From contig NC_043008.1 in NCBI RefSeq assembly GCF_006345805.1, positions 32,364,001-32,428,000 of the forward strand: DNA of 64,000 bases, given 5' to 3'. The stretch is from Octopus sinensis. Lineage: Eukaryota. A model generated the notes under the pieces. That model saw only the letters and a list, made by a program, of their open reading frames with translations. It was not told the DNA's origin and did no database searches. The first letter of the stretch is position 1; every line of letters starts with the position of its first letter. Below, one piece after another: positions 51,812 through 64,000 of the stretch. The position numbers and the translations under genes were made by a program.

Positions 51812-54351
51812 ATTGTGTATATAGTAATAACTGGATGGTTCTAGTGAGATATTTAGCAAAACCAATATTCAAGTCCTTCATTAAAATTAGATAAACTATC
51901 AATGGCATGTTTTCAAAATGACCAGATTCTGCTTTGCTATTTTACCTACATTTTTTGTTTAAAAAAAAAGCAAGAAAAAATGTGACTTTATTTCATCTCA
52001 GTACCAAGAAAGAATGGCCATAGGAAGGTAAAAATCAATAATGAACTGCCTTAAAATACAAAACCTCATGTTTTAGGAAGCATTGATCCTCTTGAGACAG
52101 TAAATTAGGTCTGTCTCAAAATATTCTTAGCCTTCATTCATTATCCTTGGTGCTAAGAAACTCTTTAGAAATATAAACATTCTCCCTCAGAGATAACAAA
52201 ATGTATAATTGATCATACTAGCATGATGCTAATAAAATGTATAGTAAATACACACACATATATACATGTATATATGTGTGTTGTGTCTATATGCATACTC
52301 ACATATACTGTGAGAGAGCAGCCAGTTGTAAAAACTTTGCTCCATCAAATGTTCATGCATGTGATCCTACACTATTATATACCAAAAGCAAGGTGCATGG
52401 TTTAGTGGTTAGATTATTTGGCTTGTGATCACAGTTCACTCAGCTGGCAAAAATGAGTTGTACTTGTATTTCAAAGGGCCAGCCTTGTCACACTCTGTGT
52501 TATACTGAATCTCCTTGAGGACTACGTTAAGCATACACTTGTCTGTGGACTGCTCAGCCACATGCAAATTAATTCTACGAGCAGGCTATTCCATTGATTG
52601 GATCAACTGGAACCCTCATCATCATAACTGATAGAGTGCCACATACCAAACGACTATGATAATAATTGTAGTTGGCTTGACACTGTTAGTTTCTGTGTGT
52701 TTATATATATATTTTCTTCCCTAGCTATTTTGAAATTTTAGTCACTTTTATTAACTGATATTCTCTAACAAAAGCTTAAATAGTCCCTGTTTCCTTCTTT
52801 TATATATTATTTAATAAATGGCAATTTGGGCAATTAACTTCTATAGCCTTAGGCTGACCAAAACTTTGTGAGTGGATTTGGTAGGTGGAAACTGAAAGAA
52901 GCTCCTTGTGTGTGTGTGTGTGTTTAGTTATCACTTGATGGTTGTAAATAAAAATCATAGTGATACAAATGAGTGTTCATTCCAATTGTCCACGTAAAGC
53001 ATGTTTAGAAATGGGAAAATATTACCTTAAATGGAAACAGGTGAGGGTTGGTGACAGGAAGGGCATCCAACTGTAGAAAATCTGCCTCAACAAATTCTAT
53101 CTGATCTATGCAAACATAAAAAAATGGACTTTAATTATGGAATAGATACTGTTGAGTCATTCAACAGAGCAGATCCCAGTTGTGAATTTTAATTGCTTGA
53201 GTTTAAATACAAAGAAATAGGGGAAAAAAGAGAGATAAGGAAGGGAAAGAAAATAAATAGGGGATAAAGCAGCAGAAAATGGAGGTTGGGGCAATGGGCC
53301 ACATATCCTGGAACAAATGGTGTCCTCAGCCACATCCTGCAATAATGACTGCGATGGCATTGTAGCAGAGAATGGGCAGTAACACTTGCTGCAACAGCTA
53401 GTCCACCTTGTGGGGCTCGTTTCTCCATTGGGCTGCCATTATCCCTATTTTGCCTGAGTAGACTTTATATTTTCAAATAAGTTCAACTCCACAGTTTAAT
53501 AACTCTAAATCTTTTTGATTTTGTTGACTATGAGAGATAAAAAAAAAAAAAATTAAATAAAATCAAAAAACTGGCACACTTCAAACAAGTCTTTTTTGTT
53601 TTAATAAAGAAAAGTTTTCAAATTAAAAAAGTTTAGAGGGGAAAGTATATAGAAAGTTGTTTTAAAAATATTTTAATATTTACACATTTTTTTGTAATCA
53701 CTCGAGCATTTTTTAATAAAATTTTGTGAAGCCTTAAGTTATATTTTCAAAATTTCATAGTGTACCATGCACCGACCACTTGCAGCTCACTGCAATAGAC
53801 ACTTCATTTATTTCATTTTATAAGTCTGGATGTGACATTCTTCTTACACCAGAACGCTTCAATGTTTTGGATTCCCTATCAAGTTTTGGATCATATAAAC
53901 CACAAATCTTTGATCACTGTAAATAGCATCTTCAAAAATTCAAATGTACATTTTTTTTTTAAATCAGTTACATGATGTATTAACTAATTTGGCCATGGAG
54001 TGATAGAAATGCTAGTATGCCTTTGATGTTTGATAGTATTTGCCTTCAAAAAGTCAACTGTTAAATCAATAAATTAATTACCAGGTATACACTGAGGTTG
54101 CTTAGTAAATGTGTGTCCTCATTACCCATGTAAGAAACCATATTAATGATTCACCAATTCTTTTCAAAATGTTTTCTTTGAAACTGTTGTGAAATTTTAT
54201 TTTTAACTATGATGACACAATGTGTCTTTATGTTACAGTCACTTTATTTTACTGAAAATATTGTATTAGAGAACATTATTTAAATTTTTTTATTATTATT
54301 GTTGTTGTTGTGTTTGGTTTGTGTGTAATGTGTGTGGTGTATTGTTGGCAG

Positions 54352-54453
54352 GCGGTGGGACCGAAATCAGTCTGGAACCAGACACTGAGCCGTCCACTAC
54401 TGACACACCGACTGAAGCTCAGCCGGCTGGAAGTGCTCTCCCTACTCTCAACA
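54352..54453 (+). CDS. Duplicated cassette exon of SNX1/2 (GGGTEISLEPDTEPSTTDTPTEAQPAGSALPTLN)
   Basis: Acceptor ttggcAG, donor A|GTGAGT, 102 nt, symmetric phase 1-1. Clear peptide paralogy with the first ~30 codons of exon 58300-58499. Confidence 0.75.
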
Positions 54454-55182
54454 GTGAGTTATTCACACTCCTGGATTGATTGATCCATATTGTCTTTAGA
54501 ATATCATAGAAATTTAGCTATTCTATTACTGAAACCTACTAAATCTCAATAATTATAAGTGATAATTATAACGTTCTTAACTAAAATGAATAAGAAAAAG
54601 AATAAAATTCATCCTTTACCTGTGAAACCTAGTGAAGATATTGGAATATTTGTTAAAAAAATATGGAAATTTAAGTGTTTTGTCTAAATAGATGAAATAA
54701 TTGTATTCTTAATATGAAATTGTTGGACTCAAAATAATCAATAGGCAAAATTTTGGTAGGAGTGTCATTTTACAGGTACAAAATTAACTGGCTTATAGTT
54801 TACGTGTTAGTGTGTGTTTTCTTAATTGACAATTGACTATAAACTATGGCCAACAACAATGATATTTTGGATAAAATATCTGAATCTTGTTGATTCAGTT
54901 CAATCTGATTAATTCTTCCTGTTGTAGAAATTTGGCAAACTTCCTGAAAATTAGATTAAATTTGGTTTGGTACTGTAAATACAAAAAAAAAGAAAGGAAA
55001 CAAATTCTGATTTTGATATTCTTGTTATTGATATTGTATTGCTGTGTAGGTTGTTTCTCTCACAATTTAGAATGTGTTCTTAGTTTGAAGAAATTGCCCT
55101 ACCTAAGAAATAGTTCTTCTGCTTTGTTGCTAAGTAGATTCACCTCTTCACATCAAGTTGTTGATCCACTGATTTATTTTAA

Positions 55183-55400
55183 CCCTTTAGCATTCAGATT
55201 ACTCTGTCAATAGTAATACTCATTGATTCACATGGTTTTAAATTAATCATGCACTATCTTTTAACTTTAAGATTTTGCTGATACGATTGTTTATGTTTAG
55301 AATGACATTGTTGGGTAGGTGTGAGAGGGTAGATCTGACCATTTTGAACAGAAAAGGGGTTGAGTGTTTGGGCCTGATGGCTGGTCTAAATGCTAAAAGA
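55183..55400 (+). mobile_element. piggyBac-type MITE
   Basis: TTAA|CCCTTTAGCATT ... AATGCTAAAAGA|TTAA. Confidence 0.8.
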
Positions 55401-56914
55401 TTAAACATGTTTGTGTAAATTCTATGTTTTCTTCCATGGTTGAAAGGCAGTTGTTGGTGTTTTGAGGGTTAATTGCTGTTTTATGTTTTCATCAATGTCA
55501 CTCTCCTTGGATGTCAGTTCAGTTGTGGTTGCTTATTCAGTTTTAATAAAATGTCATGTGAATCAAGAGATTCACATGACATTATTTCAGTTGCCATTAT
55601 GGCAAACATTTTCTTAGTTGCTCTAGAGCTGCTGTTTTCAAAACTGCATGCAATTAAAGATACATTGTGCTACACATTTTTACAGACAGGCTTAGAATAT
55701 TTGTATCCAGTTCTTTCTAGTAACTGACAGAGAAATGATGTATGTAGTACTTAGTTGATTAAGGAGTTGATCTTTTCTCACACCTAATACAGAACACATT
55801 CATATAAGCACATAATCTGAGCCAAATCAGCCTGTCTGTAAGACAAGTCCTCATTCCCCAACTCTGACATCAGGTTTATTTAAATACCTACTCTTCCAAA
55901 ATTGCTGATTCTTCCATCTAGGCTCATTTGATGTTGCTCTTTTCCACCTCCTTGTTTTTCTTCAGTTCCAAACTGAGCAAACTTTAAACATCTAATTGCC
56001 TGAGATTAATTATTGTCAATAAGATTATAATTTTTCACACTAATTAGCCTTATTTTTAATTAAAAAATGTTTTAATATTTACATTTGCAAGTTGCTGAGT
56101 TGGCAGAATTCTTAGCATGCTGGCAAAATGCTTAGTCTCTCTTGCATTTTGTCTGTCTTTATGTTCAAATTCTGCTGAAGTTGACTTTGCCCTTCATCCT
56201 TTTGGGGTTGATAAAATAAGTACCAGTTGAGTATTGGTGTTGATGTCATCGACTTATCACCTCACTGAAATTGCTGACCTTGTACCAAAATTTGGAGCTA
56301 ATACTTACATCTGCACTACTTTTTGATTGGTTTAATCTATGATCATCATCAGGTGTCTTATTCTTCAATATGTACATGGTACCAAACTGGATTTGGACAC
56401 AAAACCCTTATTTCTAAGCTTAAAGTTGTAATGCTCTTATCCACTAGGTTCCTGACATATGTAAACGTAGTGATGATTTAAATATTAAATATCAATGCAA
56501 TTTTTATCTCTTGTCTGAAAAATAATTGAATGAACGTCCTTTCTCAGAATTTTCCCTTCTCTTTCTGTGTATCCTTTTTTTAATTTTTTCACTGCCCCTG
56601 TAACAATTTAAAATAAAACTTTACATTGACTCAGTTATAAGCATCTTCTAGTCTTAAGTGGAATTAAAAACACTAAAGATATAGTTCTCAGACTAATTGA
56701 AAATATGAAAAGGAGAAGTTTTTCAATAAGATTTCATTGACACATTTATAAGAAAAGAAGATTATTGATGTTATATTTTAAAAGGCAAGGATAGAAAGAG
56801 CTAGAATTATCTATGACCTTATATTAAATTGTTCCTTCTGTTATCTGGAAAAAAACTGAATTCAGGTTTTCTATTTTCTTTTTCCATTATATTTTTGTTG
56901 CACAGTTTTGTTGA

Positions 56915-56957
<43 letters not shown>

Positions 56958-58095
56958 TTGTGTGTGCACCATGAATGTTTGAATCGTATCTTTTTAATTT
57001 CATTTTCTTCTGTCTGAAATTGCTTGCTGTCGTTAATTCTTGCATGCAAGTGCACACTGGATATATTTATTTATGTTCTTTTTTGTTATTGCTATATAAT
57101 TATCACCAGTAATGATGATAATTTTTGGTAATGTTTTTATGAAACAGCCACAAACCTTCTGTTAGTATGGTTTCAGAAATGTTTCCAAAGACCCTGTTAT
57201 AGAATTGGCAGTTGGTCATTTGAAGTACTCTTCCTCTTGGTACAAAATGTAATTTCTTCTCAGTTGTTGTTGCTTATCTTCAGGTTAGCTCTTATCAAGC
57301 AGATAAATGATCAAAAGTGGTCTAGCTGTTACTATCCTGTGTTGTTTTTTTTTCTCCTTTTGTACATTGGGAACTGTGTTGTACAATGCGTTTCTTTATT
57401 TAAGCTAGTGGGGTGTAATTTGAAGAAAATTTATCTGCTATTTCTTGCAACTTGAGTGACCACTTGGAGTGAGACTCCCTTGTTGGCTTGTGGTTCCCTA
57501 GTTAGATTACAGCTGCCTTATGACTCTTTGTCTTCTCAGTTTTAGTACAAGTTGTTCATTCTGCATTGAATTCTTTTTATTTTGTCACCATAGTTTTCTA
57601 CTTTCATAAGATGGTATATTCCTTTACTATTTTAAATACATCTGTTTGCTTCTTAGATTGTAAAATTTTTTAGGCATATGCATACATTACTATGATTATA
57701 TTTAGAAATCTGTAAATATGTAGCTCTTGTTTTATTCTTTGTTAGACTGTTAGCTGTTGTTGGCCTTAGCATATATCCCTAGCTAATTAGATTATACTAC
57801 TACTACTACTACTAATACTACTACTACTACTACTAATAATAATAATGATAATGATTTCAAATTTTGGTATAAGGCATGGAATTTTGATGGAGGGGTAAGT
57901 CAGTTACATTGACCCCAGTACTTAACTGGTACTTATTTTATCAACCCCAAAAGGATGAAGGGCAAAAGTGACCTCAGCAGAATTTAAGTTCAGAATATAA
58001 AGATGGTTGAAATGCCATTAAGCCTTTTGCCCAGCATACTAACAATTATGCCAGCTCACTGCCTTTCTGATAGTAGTAGTAGCAGCAGTAGTAGT

Positions 58096-58129
<34 letters not shown>

Positions 58130-58299
58130 GTAGTAGTTGTAGATCGTTCAGATTCCATCAGAAATTAAGGAAGAGACCGTTTTGTGGTCCTTGATTCCTA
58201 TAGAGAATTGTTATTGTTAGGTGGAAAGTTTAGGAAGTATTGAATGTTTGAATGTTTTCCATGTCTACTTGTCTGTATAACTATGTTGATATTTCTCAG

Positions 58300-58499
58300 G
58301 TGGTGGGACTGAAGTAAGGTTGGACTCCGATGAAGAGGAGACCGAAACCCCGACTGAGGCCCAACCGGCTGGAGTGTCACTCCCGTCAGAGAGCAGTGAT
58401 GTCTCCAGAGCAGATGAAGAACCTCCAAGAGTCGGTATCTCACAGACATCAACTACTTCGAAAATGTCTTCATCGACTATGAAGCAAGACAAAAATGAG
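58300..58499 (+). CDS. SNX2: SNX1/2 linker exon (GGTEVRLDSDEEETETPTEAQPAGVSLPSESSDVSRADEEPPRVGISQTSTTSKMSSSTMKQDKNE)
   Basis: Acceptor tttctcAG, donor GAG|GTATGT, 200 nt, phase 1 to 0. TEVRLDS resembles SNX2 EEVSLDS. Overlaps ORF 58320..58565. Confidence 0.88.
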
Positions 58500-58823
58500 G
58501 TATGTGTATGTATGCATGTTCCTGTGTCAAAGACAATATGTAAGAGTTCAGTTTTTGCTGAATGACCTGCACAAGCAATTTGCTTATAGTGACCAAACGT
58601 ATGTGCTGTACATTAGCTGACTCACTCCATCAAACTGACGTTGCCTGAATAAGTGAATAGTGTACCACATGTCAGGTGTCAGAGTGAATACAGAACAATG
58701 TGCGATGAAATTTTTTTGTTCAAGAATACAATGCACCACCCAGTCCATGAATTGAAACTATGATCTTGTGATTGTGAGTGCAATGCCCTAACCACCAGGC
58801 CATGCACCCTCACATTATATAAT

Positions 58824-59796
58824 ATGGGGCCGTGACTGCTGAGGACATGCGTAAGCTCGCGAGAAATGAAGCCAGTATGCTCTGATGGATGTGTAATGTC
58901 AGTGTGCATGCTCGACAGAGCGTTAGTACCCTGAGAGAAATGTTGGACCTAAGGAGCATCAGTTGTGGTGTGCAAGAGAGACGATTGCGCTGGTATGGTC
59001 ATGTGGCGAGAATGGATGAAGATAGGTGTGTGAAAAAGTGCCAATCCCTAACAGTGGAGGGAACCCGTGGAAGAGGTAGACCCAGGAAAACTTGGGACGA
59101 GGTGGTGAAGCACGACCTTCGAACTTTAGGTCTCACTGAGGAAATGACCAGTGACCGAGACCTTTGGAAATATGCTGTGCATGAAAAGACCAGGCAGGAC
59201 AAGTGAGTCCAGCCCACTTATGCATGCCTTTCCTCCCTTGGACACACAAAGACCTGTTGAGGCAAGCGAAGTCGATATCGAACCTCATTCGACGACAGGC
59301 ACCTATGCCTACCCCCCTTTGCTTGCGAAGACCTGTTGGGGCAAGTGGAATCGGAATCAAAATTGAACCAATCCTATGACTGGCACTCGGCAGATGCCAG
59401 GACCCCTGGACTGGAGATATGTAAAAAGCACTATCCGAATCATGGCTGATGCCAGCGCCGCCTTGACTGGCTTCCGTGTCGGTGGCATGTAAAAAGCACC
59501 ATCCGAATCTTGGCCGAAGCCAGTGCCACCTCGACTGGCTTCCGTGCAGGTGGCACGTAAAATGCACCAATCCGACCATGGCCGATGCGAGCCTCGCCTG
59601 GCACCAGTGCAGGTGGCACGTGAAAAGCACCCACTACACTCAGAGAGTGGTTGGCATTAGGAAGGGCATCCAGCTGTAGAAACATTGCCAGATAAGACCG
59701 GAGCCTGGTGCAGCCTTCTGGCTTCCCAGATCCCCGGTCGAACCGTCCAACCCATGCTAGCATGGAAACGGACGTTAAACGATGATGATGATGATG
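58824..59796 (+). mobile_element. 5'-truncated RTE-clade LINE (ORF C-terminus, 3'UTR, (GAT)n tail)
   Basis: ORF 58889..59206 contains RRLRWYGHVARMDEDR and GTRGRGRPRKTW. The 3'UTR has ~68-bp tandem units and ends in GATGATGATG. Confidence 0.92.
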
Positions 59797-60025
59797 TGTG
59801 TGTATGATGTTTGTGTTTTACTCAGCCATTTCATCATGCTAGCCATCTTCCTCTTTCATCTCATTGACAACCTTTCAATAACAGATGAAAGCTGACTACT
59901 GGTGGGTATTTTGCTTGAAATGTTGATGATGTATTTAATTTTTATCTGTATCCTATACTAAAGCAACTGATTAACAGAATTAGTGTGATGGACAAAATGC
60001 ATTGCTCTATTTAGTTGCATACTTT

Positions 60026-60056
<31 letters not shown>

Positions 60057-60069
60057 GTGTATGTGTCTC

Positions 60070-60102
<33 letters not shown>

Positions 60103-60129
60103 TATAAATTTTGTTTTCATTGATTTCAG

Positions 60130-60231
60130 ATTGAGGAAGAAGATCCTTTTACTCTTGAAATAAAAGTCTGTGAACCCAACAGGGTGGGAGATGGCATGGG
60201 AGCCTATATTGTTTATAAAGTCATCTCCAAG
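60130..60231 (+). CDS. SNX2: SNX1/2 exon, start of PX domain (IEEEDPFTLEIKVCEPNRVGDGMGAYIVYKVISK)
   Basis: Acceptor tttcAG, donor AAG|GTAACC, 102 nt, phase 0-0. VGDGMxAY is the characteristic SNX1/2 PX motif. Confidence 0.95.
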
Positions 60232-60526
60232 GTAACCTGACTTTTGATTGTACTTTTTAATCAGTCTTTTTTCTTTGTTTGGCTTAAGGTTGTATTTTAT
60301 TTTATTTATTTATTTAAATTTGTATATTTATGTATAAATTGTTGGAGCAAATGTTTCTAGGTAGATTTTATTAATTCATGCTTATTACCGGACTGCAAAA
60401 TATTGTCAGTGTGTAGGTTTCATCTTTAGTATGTGATCAATTTATTCTTTGTAGGTAGTTTACAATTTCAAATATTTTATTAGTCTGCAATGTTCATATT
60501 TACTTGTGTATTTGTAAATAATTTAA

Positions 60527-60715
60527 CCCTTTAGCATTTAAACTGGCCATATCTGGCCCAAATATTCTTTGTTTTAAAATCTGGACTCTTACACCTACCT
60601 TACAATGTTATCCTAAAAATAGTCACTTCAGTGAAATCCTCATAGCTATATGATTAATTCAAAATATTGTGAATAAATAAGCATTATGATTGACAGTAAT
60701 TTGAATAGTAAAGAG
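60527..60715 (-). mobile_element. piggyBac-type MITE, same family in opposite orientation
   Basis: TTAA|CCCTTTAGCATT ... AATAGTAAAGAG|TTAA. Internal sequence is the reverse complement of the 55183-55400 copy. Confidence 0.78.
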
Positions 60716-61765
60716 TTAATGGAACAATAATCATAAAAAAGTGAACATAGTGTTTAGGAATCAACTTGCTAGGTAATATGAAAGTAGTACATAATAGTCA
60801 TTGAAGTTAAAATAAGTAGAAGGAATTTAAAGTCAGTGTATAATTAATGTGCGCTATTCAGCACTACAGTTTAAGTTTGTTTCCTCTTGTCAAATATGAC
60901 ATAAGCATGTTAAATAAGAAAATGTGAAAAAAGCCAGGTGACCAACCCTCTGAATAAAGTGACATAAAGTTATCTGGCTGGCTAAGTAGATGTAGTCTGA
61001 AGTTGGATTTTACCAGTTTTTTATATCTGTAAGCTGCATTTTCCAGAACCTTTAGCAGAACCATATGGCAAGAAAAGTCACTACTGCCCGAGTTGCTATG
61101 TAGTGGGTTTTGGGTTCAGTCCCACTACATAGCAATTCGGGCAAATATCTTCTACTAAAGCCTGCATCAACCATAAGGGAGCGAGTGTTGATTAGTCAAA
61201 CCATATCACATTGGTGTTAAAGCGTTTTAGTGTGATATTATAGGTCATGGTTTTGAGCCAGGAAAATCTTACCTATGGGTCAAAATTCAGCAAGTGCCTC
61301 ACAACAGATCTGTTAGAAAACACTAAAGCTGGCTCACATTCCAAGGACATTTAAGTATTTTGTGAAACTTGGCTCTTTCATCCACATGTAGATTTTAAAC
61401 TTCGGATCTGGCTGTATTAAGAGGTCCATAATTGGAGAGCTTCTAAACATAGTCATCCCATTTTGTTTTATTCAGGCACTGCATATCTAGGGGTACAGCA
61501 TTTAATGATATCCTCTCTTTTTTAAGTTTGTAAGATACAAATTCAGGGAGATATGTTTGCTGTTTCTACTAAGTTGATGGCTTACATAGAAAAGTGTAGA
61601 AAAACATTTCTCCTGCAGGACTTCAGTATTTTAATTCACAAAGTGATGTTGTAACTCGTAGTTATTAGAATCTTGTACGCAATTAACAAAAATTTAAGAT
61701 TAAAAGAAATAAAAATGATAATAATAAACACTATGAAAAATTATTTAATCTTTTCACATTTTCAG

Positions 61766-61907
61766 ACTAATATTCCTGCATTCCGTAAAACTACCATGAC
61801 AGTGCTAAGACGATTCAGTGATTTCTTGGGACTACATGAAAAATTAGCTCTTAAGTACATTCGAGATGGACGAATTGTGCCACCAGCCCCCGAAAAGAGT
61901 GTCCTTG
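61766..61907 (+). CDS. SNX2: SNX1/2 PX domain core exon (TNIPAFRKTTMTVLRRFSDFLGLHEKLALKYIRDGRIVPPAPEKSVL)
   Basis: RRFSDFLGLH and IVPPAPEKS signatures. Acceptor ttttcAG, donor G|GTAAAA, 142 nt, phase 0 to 1. Confidence 0.97.
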
Positions 61908-63608
61908 GTAAAAAAAAAAAAAATTTTTTCACACTTTTTTTACCTGATTGGTTAAATTTTAATTTTTTTTATTCAGTTAATGAACTTTCTTCAGTTTTCA
62001 TCTTATCTCTACAAGTTTCAAAAGCAAAAAAAAGTTCCTCCATTGTTCTCTGGTTCCCAGTTTTACTGAGATGTTATTGTTAAGTGAGGTGCAGGTATGG
62101 CTGTAAAGTTTATAAGTTTGATTCCTAACCACATGGTTTTGGGTTCAGTCCCACTACATAGCAACTCGGGCAAATATCTTCTACTAAAGCCCTAGTGGGC
62201 TGTCCTAAGTCTTGTGAGAGGATTTACTTGACAGAAACTGAAAGAAGTCTGTTGTATGTATATTTGTGACAGAGGATTGAGATATGTGGTACATTGCTGC
62301 ACTTAAGACATGCCCACCACAACAGAATTGAGGTCCTAAAACCCAAGGTGCTACATAAAATGCATCAGTGTGGCTGCTGGTGCCCCATAAAAAGCACTGA
62401 TGATGGTGCCACATAAAAAGCATCCAGTACACTCTGGAAAGGTTGGCATTAGGAAGGGCATTGAGTCATAGAAACCAAGCCAAAACAGACTGGAACCTGG
62501 TGCAGCCCCTGACCTTGCCAGTTCCTTTCAAGCCATCCAACCCATGCCAGCATGGAAAACAGATGTTAAATGTTGATGATGACGATATATATACTTATTT
62601 GTGTGTGTGTGTGTGTGTTTATATCTCCTTGTCTTGACATTGTGTGATAGCTGTACATGAAAATCATTTGTTTCCAATATTCTGTAAAGTGATGTTTGGC
62701 TATGGGGACTTATTACCTTGCTTGGAAACAGGTAAAGGTTTTTGGTATGAAGAGCATCTGGTTGTAGAAATCTGTCTAATAAACTTCATCTGACTTATAC
62801 GAGCATGGAAAAGTGGACATTAAAACAATGATGATGATAAACCCTCTCTGATATCCTCCAACAAAGCTATGAGACTAAAGTAGTCAATTTAATGCTTCAA
62901 ATCAACTATATTGGATATAAAGCATCAAAATTATTTTCAAGTCTGATTTTCCATGCTTGCTTGGGTCATATAAGATTTTTTGAAGCAGATGCTCTTCCTG
63001 CTGCCAACCTTCACATGTCTCCAAGCAAGATATTTTCCTCTGGTTTGGACAAGAGGAACATGGCAAACAATACAACACCACTTATATGATGGTGATGATT
63101 AGCTTATAATTGGTGTAAAATGTCAAAACGAGGAAAGACACACACACACATATAGAATAGGCTTTTAACTTTCTGCTTACCAAATTCACTCAAAGCCTTG
63201 ATGGGGTTGCAGAAATTTATATCAGAAATTCTTCTGACAGAGAAACGAATAATATCTATGTCTTCATATAAAACATAGCTTTATATAAAACATATATATA
63301 TACCTGTGTAATGACACTATGAGACAAAATTATTAAAATGGATTTACTAAATGGGGGAATTTTATTGGTAGCAAAATCAGCTAGTTACTAGATTAGTGGG
63401 ACCTAATTTTGGGTTCACATTTTCAAATTTATTCCTTCTAAAAGTAAACAGAGGAATTTGTAGATATTGGTGATTATATTTACAGTCAAGTCCTTTAATG
63501 TTGCTTGTCATCTATTTAAGCAGGTTAATGATTCTCTATATTGATATTTAGTGTAGCTTGTCTAACAACTGTCAATTGTAATGTTATATATTTATTGGAT
63601 TGTTGCAG

Positions 63609-63687
63609 GGATGACCAAAATCAAGATGAATAAGGAGGAATCTGGATCCACCGAATTTATCGAAAGACGGCGACTTGCATTGCAAAG
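63609..63687 (+). CDS. SNX2: SNX1/2 PX domain exon (GMTKIKMNKEESGSTEFIERRRLALQR); gene continues beyond the window
   Basis: Acceptor ttgcAG, donor AG|GTGAGA, 79 nt, phase 1 to 2. Matches SNX2 [27 protein letters not shown]. Confidence 0.95.
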
Positions 63688-64000
63688 GTGAGACTGAATT
63701 CTTTGTTTTGCACTGTCATCATTTGGAGCATTACTGGGAAGATCCTTAGCATTATTGTTATAGCCCTTGAAGTTCAGTGTTCTAGTTTTACTTTCATTTT
63801 CCTTGTGAAGAAATTTCGGGATGCTTTTATTATCCTTGGAGGCTTATTTGAAGCAGCATTATACAGTTGGATTCTCCCTCTGTTGGCAACTATTGCTTGT
63901 TAGTCAAGTAAGAGATTACTCATTCTACAGGCCTTGAAAAGTGTTGAGCAACTACTTGTAATGTAAGTATAAGATGGCCATTTCACTCAGATAGTGACAA

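Overview
This is eukaryotic, AT-rich, repeat-dense genomic DNA, most likely from an octopus. That assignment is inferred from the SINE/RTE repeat families and the long (TA)n/(CA)n arrays. The window holds the 5' part of one large + strand gene, a sorting nexin SNX1/2 orthologue. Its ATG is at 9968, intron 1 is about 34.8 kb, and PX-domain exons lie at 60130-63687; the gene continues past the window end. The acidic N-terminal region has two frame-preserving phase 1-1 cassette-like exons, and one of them (54352-54453) is a tandem duplicate of the start of the next exon. Upstream there are hints of a divergent minus-strand transcript and a Penelope-like remnant carrying a minimal hammerhead-ribozyme motif. 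The rest is mariner/Tc1 relics, MITEs (Mutator-, piggyBac- and hAT-type), RTE LINE fragments, several tRNA-derived SINE families and microsatellites. Two locally templated fold-back insertions and a CpG-retaining block inside intron 1 stand out. Most ORFs in the supplied track are microsatellite or repeat artefacts. All calls were made by eye, with no searches run.
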